Positions 19,378-27,714 of a stretch of 64,000 bases of DNA are shown here, piece by piece. Numbering within the stretch: position 1 is the first letter of the stretch; each line of letters begins with the position of its first letter. The DNA is from Patescibacteria group bacterium (GTDB lineage: Bacteria > Patescibacteriota > Microgenomatia > Curtissbacterales > GWA2-41-24). A program made the translations under genes and the position numbers. The notes beneath the pieces were generated by a model. It did no database searches. It saw only the letters and a program-made list of their open reading frames with translations, and was not told the DNA's origin. The stretch covers positions 12,491-76,490 of the forward strand of contig JBBTUN010000009.1 of the NCBI GenBank assembly GCA_038063735.1, given 5' to 3'.

Positions 19378-20858
19378 AAAGTTTGCTTACTAAACTTGAG
19401 AGGCACCATTTACTAATTTTTGTTGTACTTTTTTTGACTTTTATTTTTCGATTCCCATCCCTATTTGAACCGTTTTGGTACGGAGATGAGGGTATTTTTG
19501 CAGCGGTCGGGCGAAACCTAAATTTTGGTGGAGTACTTTACCAAACTGCTTGGGACAATAAACCTCCAATGATATATCTGACTTATGCTGGGATATTTTC
19601 GATGTTCGGCGTATCTATGTTTTGGCTTAGGCTCGTAACAATTGTGGTGGTTCTTGCAACTTCTGCCGTAATTTACGAAATCGGTAATATGACTATTGGT
19701 AAACATAGAGCGCTTATTGCTGCATTTATTTTTGGTCTAATAACTTCGTTTAGGTTAGTTGAAGGCAACTTGGCACTAACCGAAATATTTATGATACTAC
19801 CAATTTCTTTGGCAATCTGGATTGCAATAAAGCGAAATTTTGACTACGTCTCTCTATTTGCGTCCGGGGTACTTATTTCAGTGGCTTCTTTGTACAAACA
19901 AGTTGGCGCATTTGAGGCAGCAGCGCTTGGAATCTATGTTTTATTGCAAAAAGACAGTTTGGTTGGATTTATTAAAAAAGGCTTTGCACTATCCTTGGGT
20001 TTTGTTGTTCCATACGCTATAACAATTGGATATTTTGCCTCAAAAGGCTTAGTTTCCGACTACATTTTTGGGGCATACACATATTACAAAATTTATCTCA
20101 ATGAAAGCCCTCAATATGCATTCTTAATTAATACGGCGAAATATTTGCCCGTTGTTTCAACAGTTTTCTACGGTCTCTGGAAAAAATTTAAAGGTGTCGA
20201 TGTTGGTTACAATCATCTGCTGCTTCTTTGGCTTTCGTTGTCTCTGTTGGGAAGTTATTTTTCCGGAAGAACCTACGGTCATTATCTCGTTCAAGCAGTT
20301 CCGGCTCTCTCGCTACTTTTGGCATCCATTAATCTTAAAGGCGTATCTTTGAGTAAGGAGAGGCTTTTGTATGCGACTTTGTTTCTTCTTCCCGTTTTGT
20401 TTTTAACAAGGCTTTTCTTTTCAACATTTATTGTTAATGGCCCTGTTTCTCAGGCTAAATACTGGGTTAATTTTTCCCAAAAGGTGACAGGCGTCAAAAC
20501 TTTGGACGAATATAATAATTTTTTTGATACTAATGTAAACACAATCATGGCTTTATCTGACTTCCTGAAAATGAATGGGGGCTATGGAAAATCTATTTAT
20601 ATATGGGGAGATTTTCCCTGGTTGTATGCGATGATGGATGCAAAAAACCCGTCGCGGTACGTTACATCTTTTCATGTATTTGGAGTACCCAACGGACAAG
20701 AAGAAGTGGTCAGGGATTTGGTGGATAAGACACCTTTGTATATTATTAAGCCGCAAACCTCTATTGGCCACTTTAATGAGCTTGAGAATTTGTTAGGTGC
20801 AAAGTATACTCTTCAGGCAAAAATAAACAATGCCGATGTTTACGCTTTAATAAAGTGA
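19374..20858 (+). CDS. GT-C fold glycosyltransferase, family 39/83-like (ArnT/PMT-type)
   Basis: FWYGDEGIF and DNKPPMIYL motifs match the ArnT/PMT N-terminal signature. About 12 TM helices. Start overlaps the previous stop (ATGA). Confidence 0.55.
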   Translation: MKSLLTKLERHHLLIFVVLFLTFIFRFPSLFEPFWYGDEGIFAAVGRNLNFGGVLYQTAWDNKPPMIYLTYAGIFSMFGVSMFWLRLVTIVVVLATSAVIYEIGNMTIGKHRALIAAFIFGLITSFRLVEGNLALTEIFMILPISLAIWIAIKRNFDYVSLFASGVLISVASLYKQVGAFEAAALGIYVLLQKDSLVGFIKKGFALSLGFVVPYAITIGYFASKGLVSDYIFGAYTYYKIYLNESPQYAFLINTAKYLPVVSTVFYGLWKKFKGVDVGYNHLLLLWLSLSLLGSYFSGRTYGHYLVQAVPALSLLLASINLKGVSLSKERLLYATLFLLPVLFLTRLFFSTFIVNGPVSQAKYWVNFSQKVTGVKTLDEYNNFFDTNVNTIMALSDFLKMNGGYGKSIYIWGDFPWLYAMMDAKNPSRYVTSFHVFGVPNGQEEVVRDLVDKTPLYIIKPQTSIGHFNELENLLGAKYTLQAKINNADVYALIK

Positions 20859-20870
20859 AAATTGATATTT

Positions 20871-21296
20871 ATGGCAACATCAAATGTGGATACACAATCT
20901 CTACCCAAACTTGGTGGAATAACACCTAGCCGATTTTCAATAAGTGAAGAGGTTCAAAAGGGAGTTGTATCCGACAAGTTTAACCTCGTTGTTTTTTCGC
21001 TTTGCGCGATTTTTGTCATTTTGCAGGTTCTAATACTAATTTTTTACTGGAAACGCCTGCCTCCGCAGATCCCTTTGTTTTACTCAAAACCGTGGGGAGA
21101 CGCAATGCTGGCTACCAACTTCTTCGTTTGGATTTTACCAATGCTGGGCGCTCTTTTTGTTTTTTTAAATTTTTTAATTGTAATTTTTTTAACACGAGAT
21201 AATAAATTTTTATCGAGAGCCCTTATTGTTGCCAGTTTAATTGTTGGCTTTTTAACTTTTTATGCTACCCTTAAGGTCATTACACTAATAGCATGA
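20871..21296 (+). CDS. small membrane protein, hypothetical
   Basis: The track start is TTG at 20862. The first ATG is at 20871 (MATSNVDTQ...). Three hydrophobic helices. The stop overlaps the next gene's start. Confidence 0.3.
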   Translation: MATSNVDTQSLPKLGGITPSRFSISEEVQKGVVSDKFNLVVFSLCAIFVILQVLILIFYWKRLPPQIPLFYSKPWGDAMLATNFFVWILPMLGALFVFLNFLIVIFLTRDNKFLSRALIVASLIVGFLTFYATLKVITLIA

Positions 21297-22375
21297 CCTC
21301 ACTCGCTGCTTTTGTTCTGTCTCTTTTTTTGAGCTTAATTTTCGTAAAATGTACAACTTGGAGTGCTTTAAAAATTGGCCTTGTTGATGATCCAAAAAAA
21401 AGAAAGCATCCTGCTGCTATGCATACAAAGCCCATACCACGTGCAGGTGGTTTGCCAATATTTTTAGCTTTTTTAATAACTTCTCTGATTTTTGTTCAAT
21501 TTTCTCAGAAGTTTTTTGGGATAATCTTGGGAGGGCTTGTTTTGATACTAGTGGGAATTTTGGATGACAAGTACGACTTGAAAAGTCTCTATAAGTTTGG
21601 TGGGCAAATGCTGGCGGCTGTTATCGTCGTTGCGTCTGGGATTGGCATTAGCTTTATAACAAATCCGTTTCAGCTTTTTGAAAACAATTTACCTGGCGTG
21701 ATTCGGCTGGATGAGTGGAAGATTGTTTTTGATTTCTTTGGAACCCACTCAATAGTGATACTTGCCGATCTCTTTGCGCTGTTTTGGATAGTATGGGTAA
21801 TTAATATGGTTAATTTTTCAGCAGGTGTTGACGGTCAACTCGGCGGGATTGCTCTTGTTACACTACTGGTTATTTTTGTAGCGTCACTGCGGTTTGGTGC
21901 AGATCCGACACAAAGTATTGTGACAACGCTTGCAGTTATTGGGTCCGGAGCAACTCTTGGATTCTTGATATTTAATGTTTATCCCGCCAAAATTTTCCCG
22001 GGTGACAGCGGTTCGTACTTTTTGGGCTTTTTGATAGCTGTTCTTGCGATTTTGGCTGGTGCCCGTGTTGGCACTGCTATTTTGGTAATGGCTGTGCCTT
22101 TGATTGATGGCGTTTTTACAGTCGTTAGGCGTATCGCTGAGGGTAAATCTCCATTTACCGGCGACAGAAAACATTTGCACCACCGGCTTTTAGAACTCGG
22201 CTTTAACCCAAGGGAGGTTTCCTTGTTTTATTGGCTTTTGTGTGCTATTTTAGGCGCGGTTGCGCTAGTTTTGCCTGCCGATCAAAAGTTATTTGCTGGC
22301 GTATTTATAGCTATAATAGTATTAGGCGGAATTTTATGGATAAATACAAGTTTACAGGGTACGGACCGAAAGTAA
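21293..22375 (+). CDS. polyprenyl-phosphate N-acetylhexosamine-1-phosphate transferase, WecA/MraY family (GT4)
   Basis: DDKYDL (DDxxD) and VNMVNFSAGVDGQLGG (NxxNxxDGxDGL) motifs. About 11 TM helices. 360 aa. Confidence 0.75.
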   Translation: MTSLAAFVLSLFLSLIFVKCTTWSALKIGLVDDPKKRKHPAAMHTKPIPRAGGLPIFLAFLITSLIFVQFSQKFFGIILGGLVLILVGILDDKYDLKSLYKFGGQMLAAVIVVASGIGISFITNPFQLFENNLPGVIRLDEWKIVFDFFGTHSIVILADLFALFWIVWVINMVNFSAGVDGQLGGIALVTLLVIFVASLRFGADPTQSIVTTLAVIGSGATLGFLIFNVYPAKIFPGDSGSYFLGFLIAVLAILAGARVGTAILVMAVPLIDGVFTVVRRIAEGKSPFTGDRKHLHHRLLELGFNPREVSLFYWLLCAILGAVALVLPADQKLFAGVFIAIIVLGGILWINTSLQGTDRK

Positions 22376-23346
22376 TCTGGATACCATTTTGGCTGTTTGT
22401 TTCGTCCCGCCCCCGTCAGTGGCTTAAAAATTTGGCGCTTTTTGCAGCCCTTGTATTTGATGGCTCATTCTTTGTCGGGGAAAAATTCTTTTTAACTGTT
22501 ATCGGGTTTTTCATATTTTGTTTGATTACCTCGGGAATTTATATAATTAATGATGTCATAGACCGCAAGAAAGACCTTTCCCACCCTTTTAAAAGTAATA
22601 GGCCGATAGCCGCGGGCAGAGTTAGTCCTCTGATTGCGACTGTTTGGGCAATAGTAGTTTTGGTGTTTGGCCTTGTTTTGGCCTCTTCTCTATCTACATT
22701 TTTTTTATATGCTTGCGTTGCTTACATCGCTTTACAAGTTACTTATTCCTTATTTTTAAGGTCTTATATGCTGCTTGACGTAATGGCAATTGCGTCTGGA
22801 TTTTTGCTTAGGGTGTATGCCGGTGCGGTACTAATTGATGCACATGTTACTGTCTGGTTTATGTTAACTGTTGCCTCGCTTGCTCTATTTTTGGCGATCG
22901 GTAAAAGGCGAAGTGAACGCACGCTTCTTATGGGTTCCGGAGCAAGGGGAATCGATACAAGGCAAATCCTTAATAAATACCCCGAAACATTACTTGACGG
23001 GCTAACCATTATGTTTGCAACAGCTTGCTGGTTTTCTTACACCATGTTTACCTTTTTGCAACCGCCGCCTTCTGCGGGGCCGCAAGTTTTGGTATTATTT
23101 GGCGATTATTTGCCAAGAACTTTTCTGGCATCAAAATGGCTGATGGCAACGGTACCTTTTGTAATCTATGGTGTGATGAGATATTTGTATGTTATTTATG
23201 AGAAAAAAGAAGGCGAATCACCTGAGCGGGTTTTACTTTCCGACATACCGCTTCTTTCCTCGGTAGTGCTTTGGATTTTTATAGTCTTTCTGGTAATTTA
23301 CGGCTCGGATATTTTACCTGCAAAACTGGTGCGATTTTTACAGTAA
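22336..23346 (+). CDS. UbiA-family decaprenyl-phosphate phosphoribosyltransferase-like enzyme (DPPR synthase-like)
   Basis: The ORF track starts at TTG 22231 inside the upstream gene. The ATG at 22336 (MDKYKF...) is the likely start. LITSGIYIINDVIDRKKDLSHPFKSNRPIAAG matches the DPPR-synthase (Rv3806c-type) signature NDxxDxxxDxxHPxKxxRPIAxG. Polytopic membrane protein. Confidence 0.65.
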   Translation: MDKYKFTGYGPKVIWIPFWLFVSSRPRQWLKNLALFAALVFDGSFFVGEKFFLTVIGFFIFCLITSGIYIINDVIDRKKDLSHPFKSNRPIAAGRVSPLIATVWAIVVLVFGLVLASSLSTFFLYACVAYIALQVTYSLFLRSYMLLDVMAIASGFLLRVYAGAVLIDAHVTVWFMLTVASLALFLAIGKRRSERTLLMGSGARGIDTRQILNKYPETLLDGLTIMFATACWFSYTMFTFLQPPPSAGPQVLVLFGDYLPRTFLASKWLMATVPFVIYGVMRYLYVIYEKKEGESPERVLLSDIPLLSSVVLWIFIVFLVIYGSDILPAKLVRFLQ

Positions 23347-23590
23347 CTTCTGAGTGACTTGATCTCGTTGCTTATTGATATGTTTTGTCATGTTTAGTAT
23401 TAATTAGTCATGAATAGTAATGTGGTTTATACGCTGGAAGAAGTGCTTGGCCTCGACAATGATTTATGTCTGGCGGAAAAAGAAGACTTAAAAAGTATCG
23501 CAAAGGTTGAGTCTGAGGTTAAAAAAGCAAGATCGCGGTTATGGTGGTTACCATAGTTTGGGCTAATTTATTTGGTTTTTAATTCATTAC

Positions 23591-23908
23591 TCAGAAGTTA
23601 ACATGTTGGCGGCCTATTGGCACGATTTTTATTAGTAAGCGCCCTTTGAGGGCTTGAGTTACTTTTTCAAGAGTTTTGAGAGAGTAACCTGTGTAGTCTG
23701 CTGATTCGATTCTTGCGATATTGGATTGCCTGGTACCAACTAGTTTTGCCAGTTGAGTTTGAGTTAACCCGATTTTTTTTCTAAGATCACAAATCTGAAA
23801 AGCAATGTCCCATGCCTGACCGGCCTTTTTAAATTCCTCTTTTAATGAGGGGTCTTTCTTCAGTAGTTTTTCTGTTAATTTATCTAAATCGTCCTTTTTT
23901 CTTTTCAT
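23591..23908 (-). CDS. HTH XRE-family antitoxin (HigA-like)
   Basis: 105 aa. The C-terminal HTH (LTQTQLAKLVGTRQSNIARIE) is of Cro/C1 type. Start overlaps the stop of the upstream toxin gene (ATGA). Confidence 0.65.
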   Translation of the reverse strand: MKRKKDDLDKLTEKLLKKDPSLKEEFKKAGQAWDIAFQICDLRKKIGLTQTQLAKLVGTRQSNIARIESADYTGYSLKTLEKVTQALKGRLLIKIVPIGRQHVNF

Positions 23909-24261
23909 GAATCTTTCCTCGCTTTTAGTTCTTTTAATCTTTTCCTGGCAATTTCCAGTTCATTTGATGGTGTTTTCTGTTGCTTTTTAACAAAAACGTG
24001 CAGCAAGATAATTATCCTTCCTTTGTCAAAAGTATATATTATTCTTAGGATATCCGTTCCCGATTTTATTCTTAACTCCCATAATCCAGATTCGATATGC
24101 TTAGATAATGGTTCCTTGTGATAGCTTCTATTTCGTAGCTTCTCGATTCCTTCTCTAGCCTTTACAAGTAGTTGCCTGTTTCTGTTTGCAAGACCTAGAA
24201 AAAATTCTTCAATAGGACTTTTGCTTGAATTACTTTTGTAAAAGATTATTTCAAAATCCAT
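23905..24261 (-). CDS. RelE/ParE-superfamily toxin (HigB/Gp49-like), type II TA toxin
   Basis: 118 aa. Its size, position immediately upstream of an XRE antitoxin, and the conserved basic C-terminal half (GLWELRIKSGTDILRIIYTF...ILLHVFVKKQQKTP) are typical of HigB-like toxins. A perfect palindrome sits just upstream. Confidence 0.55.
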   Translation of the reverse strand: MDFEIIFYKSNSSKSPIEEFFLGLANRNRQLLVKAREGIEKLRNRSYHKEPLSKHIESGLWELRIKSGTDILRIIYTFDKGRIIILLHVFVKKQQKTPSNELEIARKRLKELKARKDS

Positions 24262-24269
24262 TTAATTAT

Positions 24270-24285
24270 ATCAAATTTGATATAT
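24270..24285. promoter_or_regulatory. perfect 16-bp palindrome ATATCAAATTTGATAT, candidate operator of the toxin-antitoxin operon
   Basis: Seen directly in the sequence, 9 nt upstream of the toxin start codon, inside an AT-rich promoter region (TATAGATTCAAT nearby). Confidence 0.5.
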
Positions 24286-24336
24286 AGATTCAATACTTAA
24301 ATCTAAGAAAAATTATATCACAGGCGAAAAATGTGG

Positions 24337-25422
24337 TTAGCCTTGATTTTGATTGTCCTGAGGGTTGTTTTGGAGCTTTGGCTGGGCGTCGAGAGTCGGA
24401 AAACGCGGGTCGGGGTTAGGGGTCGACGAGCTTTTGGTTGGCGAAGAAGCAGAATCTTCCTTCTTAACTTTCTTACTTTTAAGCAAAGCTATAAGCATGG
24501 GTATTGTAAACAATGCTGTGAGAAGAATATATGGCGGTAAGGTGATTAAAGTTCCTGTGCCTGAAAAAGAATCTATACTTCTAGTTCCACCATCGCCAAA
24601 TTGCCCGGCATACATTAATATTACCCAAAATGGTATAACAACGATTAATGAATAAAAAAGAACCTTTCTGATTTGTTTCAAAAACAAAAGTGACTTTTCA
24701 GGATCATCTCCAGCTGATTTATTGAAGAAAAAAAATAGTAGATTACTAGCCACAATTAAGACTAAGGCTCCATCAAAATAATCGAATAAATGTCGGAAAA
24801 CATATGATCCGAATCTGCTCAAGGACAAAATGGCGAAAGTAGAAATAATTTCGGAAAATATTATAAAAACAAAATTTATAATTGCGAAAGGTAAGCTGAT
24901 TTCTGTTTGTGTTTGTTTCAGAGCATAACCAGTGCCTGATGAGTTTTCAGCATATGCTTGTGTATGTGAGTACCATAATCTCCATAAATGGCGGGTGGTC
25001 AACAGTGTTACAAATAGGGAAATTAAACCGGCTACTATGAAAATAATGCCTGCAACTGCTCCCCATTCTTCACCGATGGTAGATTGATGAGTTGCTTCAT
25101 AATTTATGATCCATAAACTCCATATTATTCCGTAAACAGATAAACAAATGAGTAAAATATTTAGTATTAATCCAGTAATTCCTGCCCATGATTTTTTTAA
25201 AAGAATTCCACATGCGCATAAGAAAATGCTCATTGTTGCTATTAGTAATAACAGTTGTAAAAGACCTTTCCCTGGACCGACTCCATCAATAGTGCTGAGG
25301 AGTATCAAAAATGCAATTGCAGCAAGAATAAAATATGGAAATGAAAGTATAATGCTGAAGCCTTTTTTAGTGTTAAGTTCTGTTTGCTGATTTTGTAGCT
25401 GGATTTGTGAGTTTTGTTCCAT
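24337..25422 (-). CDS. polytopic membrane protein with Pro/Ser-rich C-terminal tail, hypothetical
   Basis: 361 aa with at least eight hydrophobic helices and a C-terminal PTKSSSTPNPDPRFP low-complexity tail. Confidence 0.35.
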   Translation of the reverse strand: MEQNSQIQLQNQQTELNTKKGFSIILSFPYFILAAIAFLILLSTIDGVGPGKGLLQLLLLIATMSIFLCACGILLKKSWAGITGLILNILLICLSVYGIIWSLWIINYEATHQSTIGEEWGAVAGIIFIVAGLISLFVTLLTTRHLWRLWYSHTQAYAENSSGTGYALKQTQTEISLPFAIINFVFIIFSEIISTFAILSLSRFGSYVFRHLFDYFDGALVLIVASNLLFFFFNKSAGDDPEKSLLFLKQIRKVLFYSLIVVIPFWVILMYAGQFGDGGTRSIDSFSGTGTLITLPPYILLTALFTIPMLIALLKSKKVKKEDSASSPTKSSSTPNPDPRFPTLDAQPKLQNNPQDNQNQG

Positions 25423-25868
25423 TAATTAGTCTGGATTTGGAAGGTTACCGATTGGGCGTCAGTTGCTGATTGCGACAGAAGGCTGATTGGGGTGGATGAT
25501 TGGGATGGGATGTTGATTTTAATTAACTGATTATTTAAATTTTCTCCAAAAAAAAGCTTGTTTTCTGTTGATTGATTTTTGATTGTGTAAGTTTTGGTTT
25601 CGCTTGTCGGATTGTTGACGATGATAATGGACAAGTATGCCTGGGATGGTACCTGTTTGGTAAGGGTGATTGTATAGGTATTTTGTGATTGGCTGAAAGT
25701 CATACTGGGGAATTTTTCGGTTTGGGAAACTAAAAGATATGGCGACTCTGATTTTACACCGGCTACTTGGGCAAAGTTTTTGGCAAAGTAGATTGGCGCT
25801 GCGATCAGCGAAACAAGAAAGAACACAGCGAGCAGGTTATAAACGATTGTCGCTAAGTGATGCTTCAT
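25422..25868 (-). CDS. membrane-anchored exported hypothetical protein
   Basis: 148 aa with an N-terminal TM helix and a Ser/Thr/Gln-rich body. Stop overlaps the next gene's start. Confidence 0.3.
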   Translation of the reverse strand: MKHHLATIVYNLLAVFFLVSLIAAPIYFAKNFAQVAGVKSESPYLLVSQTEKFPSMTFSQSQNTYTITLTKQVPSQAYLSIIIVNNPTSETKTYTIKNQSTENKLFFGENLNNQLIKINIPSQSSTPISLLSQSATDAQSVTFQIQTN

Positions 25869-25870
25869 AA

Positions 25871-25945
25871 TCTATTAATTTTAAATTTTAAGTTTTTAAT
25901 TTTAATTGAATTTTTAATGTTTAAATTTTTAAAATTTCTTTTAGT
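25871..25945. repeat. AT-rich ~70-nt dispersed intergenic repeat, copy 1
   Basis: TTAATTTTAAATTTTAAGTTTTTAATTTTAATTGAATTTTTAATGTTTAAATTTTTAAAATTT aligns at roughly 85% identity with 43971-44050. Confidence 0.6.
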
Positions 25946-26477
25946 TCCACCTTGTTATTTCCATTTCTTTTTGAACATCCATTGCAAAAATCCACGTGAA
26001 GTTTGCAGCGACGATGAGCGCAATAACCGTAATTTGAGGGTATGTAACACCAGAAATTGTTGAAGCTATTAAAAAACCGGTGCTTAGCCATAAAAATATT
26101 AACCAGATGGTTGCTATGTGATAGAGGTGGAAACTTGAGAGAATTAGGTTTTCCAAGTTAAGCGACGCCAGTTTTTGCTGAGTTTGCGGGGTAACGTGTG
26201 TTTCATGCAGGAAATGGGCACGCATTAAAACAATTAGAGTGCCTGCGGCGGCTGTTAAAAACATGGCCAGATTGGAATAATTCTCGGCAATTACGTAGTT
26301 GGGCAGGTTTGCAAAGACAACTTTCGGCAGGACGTTAAAAGCGCCACCAAAAACCACTTCATATTTAAAATTAAAAAAATAGGCAGACACAAGCAGCCCA
26401 GCCATTTTGGCGATAATTAAAATAACTGCCGGGATTATGGCTTCGTCTATGAGTTTTGCTAGCGATTTGGCTACCAT
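25941..26477 (-). CDS. polytopic membrane protein, hypothetical
   Basis: 178 aa with five hydrophobic helices. Confidence 0.35.
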   Translation of the reverse strand: MVAKSLAKLIDEAIIPAVILIIAKMAGLLVSAYFFNFKYEVVFGGAFNVLPKVVFANLPNYVIAENYSNLAMFLTAAAGTLIVLMRAHFLHETHVTPQTQQKLASLNLENLILSSFHLYHIATIWLIFLWLSTGFLIASTISGVTYPQITVIALIVAANFTWIFAMDVQKEMEITRWN

Positions 26478-26487
26478 AAATTTAGTA

Positions 26488-26600
26488 TACCAGTAGAGGT
26501 CAGTAGTATCGGTGAGTCGGTATAGTCGGTAAGAAAATATTGTACTGATATTACTGACAATACTGAATATGCCGACATTTACTGATTTTTACTGAAATTT
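26488..26600. repeat. palindromically arranged array of 8-9 bp CAGTA/TCGGTA units (about 6 forward + 6 inverted)
   Basis: The left arm reads CAGTAGAGGTCAGTAGTATCGGTGAGTCGGTATAGTCGGTAAG, and the right arm TACTGATATTACTGACAATACTGAATATGCCGACATTTACTGATTTTTACTGA is its near reverse complement. Intergenic between two minus-strand genes. Confidence 0.65.
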
Positions 26601-27424
26601 TATATCTTCTTGGTGTATTGCTTGGAAATCCAGCCCAATTTGCCTTCGAAGGAAATTTTTATCCAATCTTCGGTTTCCTGGATAATTTCCAGTTTATCCC
26701 CTGTGTTTACCCTGCCAATTTCAGCCGAATCCAGCACCGGTTCTTTTCTTACTTTAAGATACCCCTGCGGAGTCTTGGCAATTTCTACTTCGGGAGTGTC
26801 GGTTTTAACGCTTTCGGTCGACGTGGGGTTTTTTGCCAACTCGGATGCCAATGTTACGCTGGCCACAAGCTTATATTTAGATGAGGTTTTTATGGCAAAT
26901 TCCCGATCTATAAAACCCTGGCCTTTGCTGATTCCTACTTTATGATCACCATTTTCTAAATCTGTAATAATTAGGGGTGTTTTACCTTTATATTTACCGT
27001 CTATGGTTATTTCTGCATCAGTTGGATTGGACGCAATAAATACGTCATTTTTACCCTTCTCCAGCCACAGAATTTCCCCACTTTGAGCCATTAAATTGTT
27101 ATTGAGTTCGCGATTTACGACAGTTAAGGTGCTTGGGTAAAGATCGATTTTACTTATATAGGAAGCTTCGGAAGCCGTAACTTTAAGGGTGTATGATCCA
27201 CTTTTGAGCTGGTCGGAGAAAAATGGGGTTTTCCCTAAGTGTTTCCCGTCCAGAAAAACCGAAGCTTCGGGGGTGGAAGTTACCTGCAGTGCGGCCGGCT
27301 TGGCAGTGCCAATGAGCGAGCAGCCACTTAATGAGGTTGCAAGTAGTAGGTAGAGGGTGGTAGGTAGCAGGTATTTTTTTACGACTAACGATGAACGATT
27401 AACAATGAACGTGATACTAGGCAT
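26600..27424 (-). CDS. lipoprotein with tandem PEGA domains and a C-terminal bacterial SH3 (SH3b) domain
   Basis: The track start is a TTG. The in-frame ATG begins MPSITF..., and the signal peptide ends in the lipobox LSGC. PEGA-like repeats are present (YTLKVTASEASY, HKVGISKGQGFIDREF). The C-terminal SH3b reads GYLKVRKEPVLDSAEIGRVNTGDKLEIIQETEDWIKI. Confidence 0.55.
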   Translation of the reverse strand: MPSITFIVNRSSLVVKKYLLPTTLYLLLATSLSGCSLIGTAKPAALQVTSTPEASVFLDGKHLGKTPFFSDQLKSGSYTLKVTASEASYISKIDLYPSTLTVVNRELNNNLMAQSGEILWLEKGKNDVFIASNPTDAEITIDGKYKGKTPLIITDLENGDHKVGISKGQGFIDREFAIKTSSKYKLVASVTLASELAKNPTSTESVKTDTPEVEIAKTPQGYLKVRKEPVLDSAEIGRVNTGDKLEIIQETEDWIKISFEGKLGWISKQYTKKI

Positions 27425-27714
27425 TGCAATTAAGGTAACATTTGCGCATAGTTGGCGCAAGCATTTTAACGATAATTTTACTTCTTTTGAAGCTATTATA
27501 TCAAACTATAAGCTATGAATTTAACTGTGGGGCTGTGGGTACCTAAAAGTTGGTTCCATTTGCTTTTTATCTTACTATCGGTTTGACTTTGGAGTTAGAA
27601 TTTGCTATAATTCGCCTTTGTAAATACCTCGACTATGGGCTTATAGTCCATATTCCCCTTCTCTTTTTTATAGGGGCGTATTGTGGCTTTGAAGCCTGAG
27701 GTTAGGAGAAAAAT

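Noticed and set aside
22231-22335. Track-proposed TTG start (22231) for the UbiA-family gene, giving a 105-nt overlap with the WecA-like gene
   Set aside because: The conserved UbiA N-terminus begins at the ATG at 22336 (MDKYKF...). The upstream extension is hydrophilic, overlaps the preceding CDS and starts with a rare TTG.
23345-23600. MITE (miniature inverted-repeat transposable element) call for the 245-bp spacer flanked by 12-bp inverted repeats
   Set aside because: A 12-bp inverted repeat within 300 bp is expected about once by chance in a window this size. No target-site duplication or second copy was seen. Kept only as a minor note under the toxin-antitoxin finding.
26488-26600. CRISPR interpretation of the GTCGGTA/TCAGTA repeat arrays (also 48422-48513)
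   Set aside because: Unit length is 8-9 bp with no unique spacers between units, far below CRISPR repeat size (more than 20 bp with 25-70 bp spacers). No cas genes in the window.
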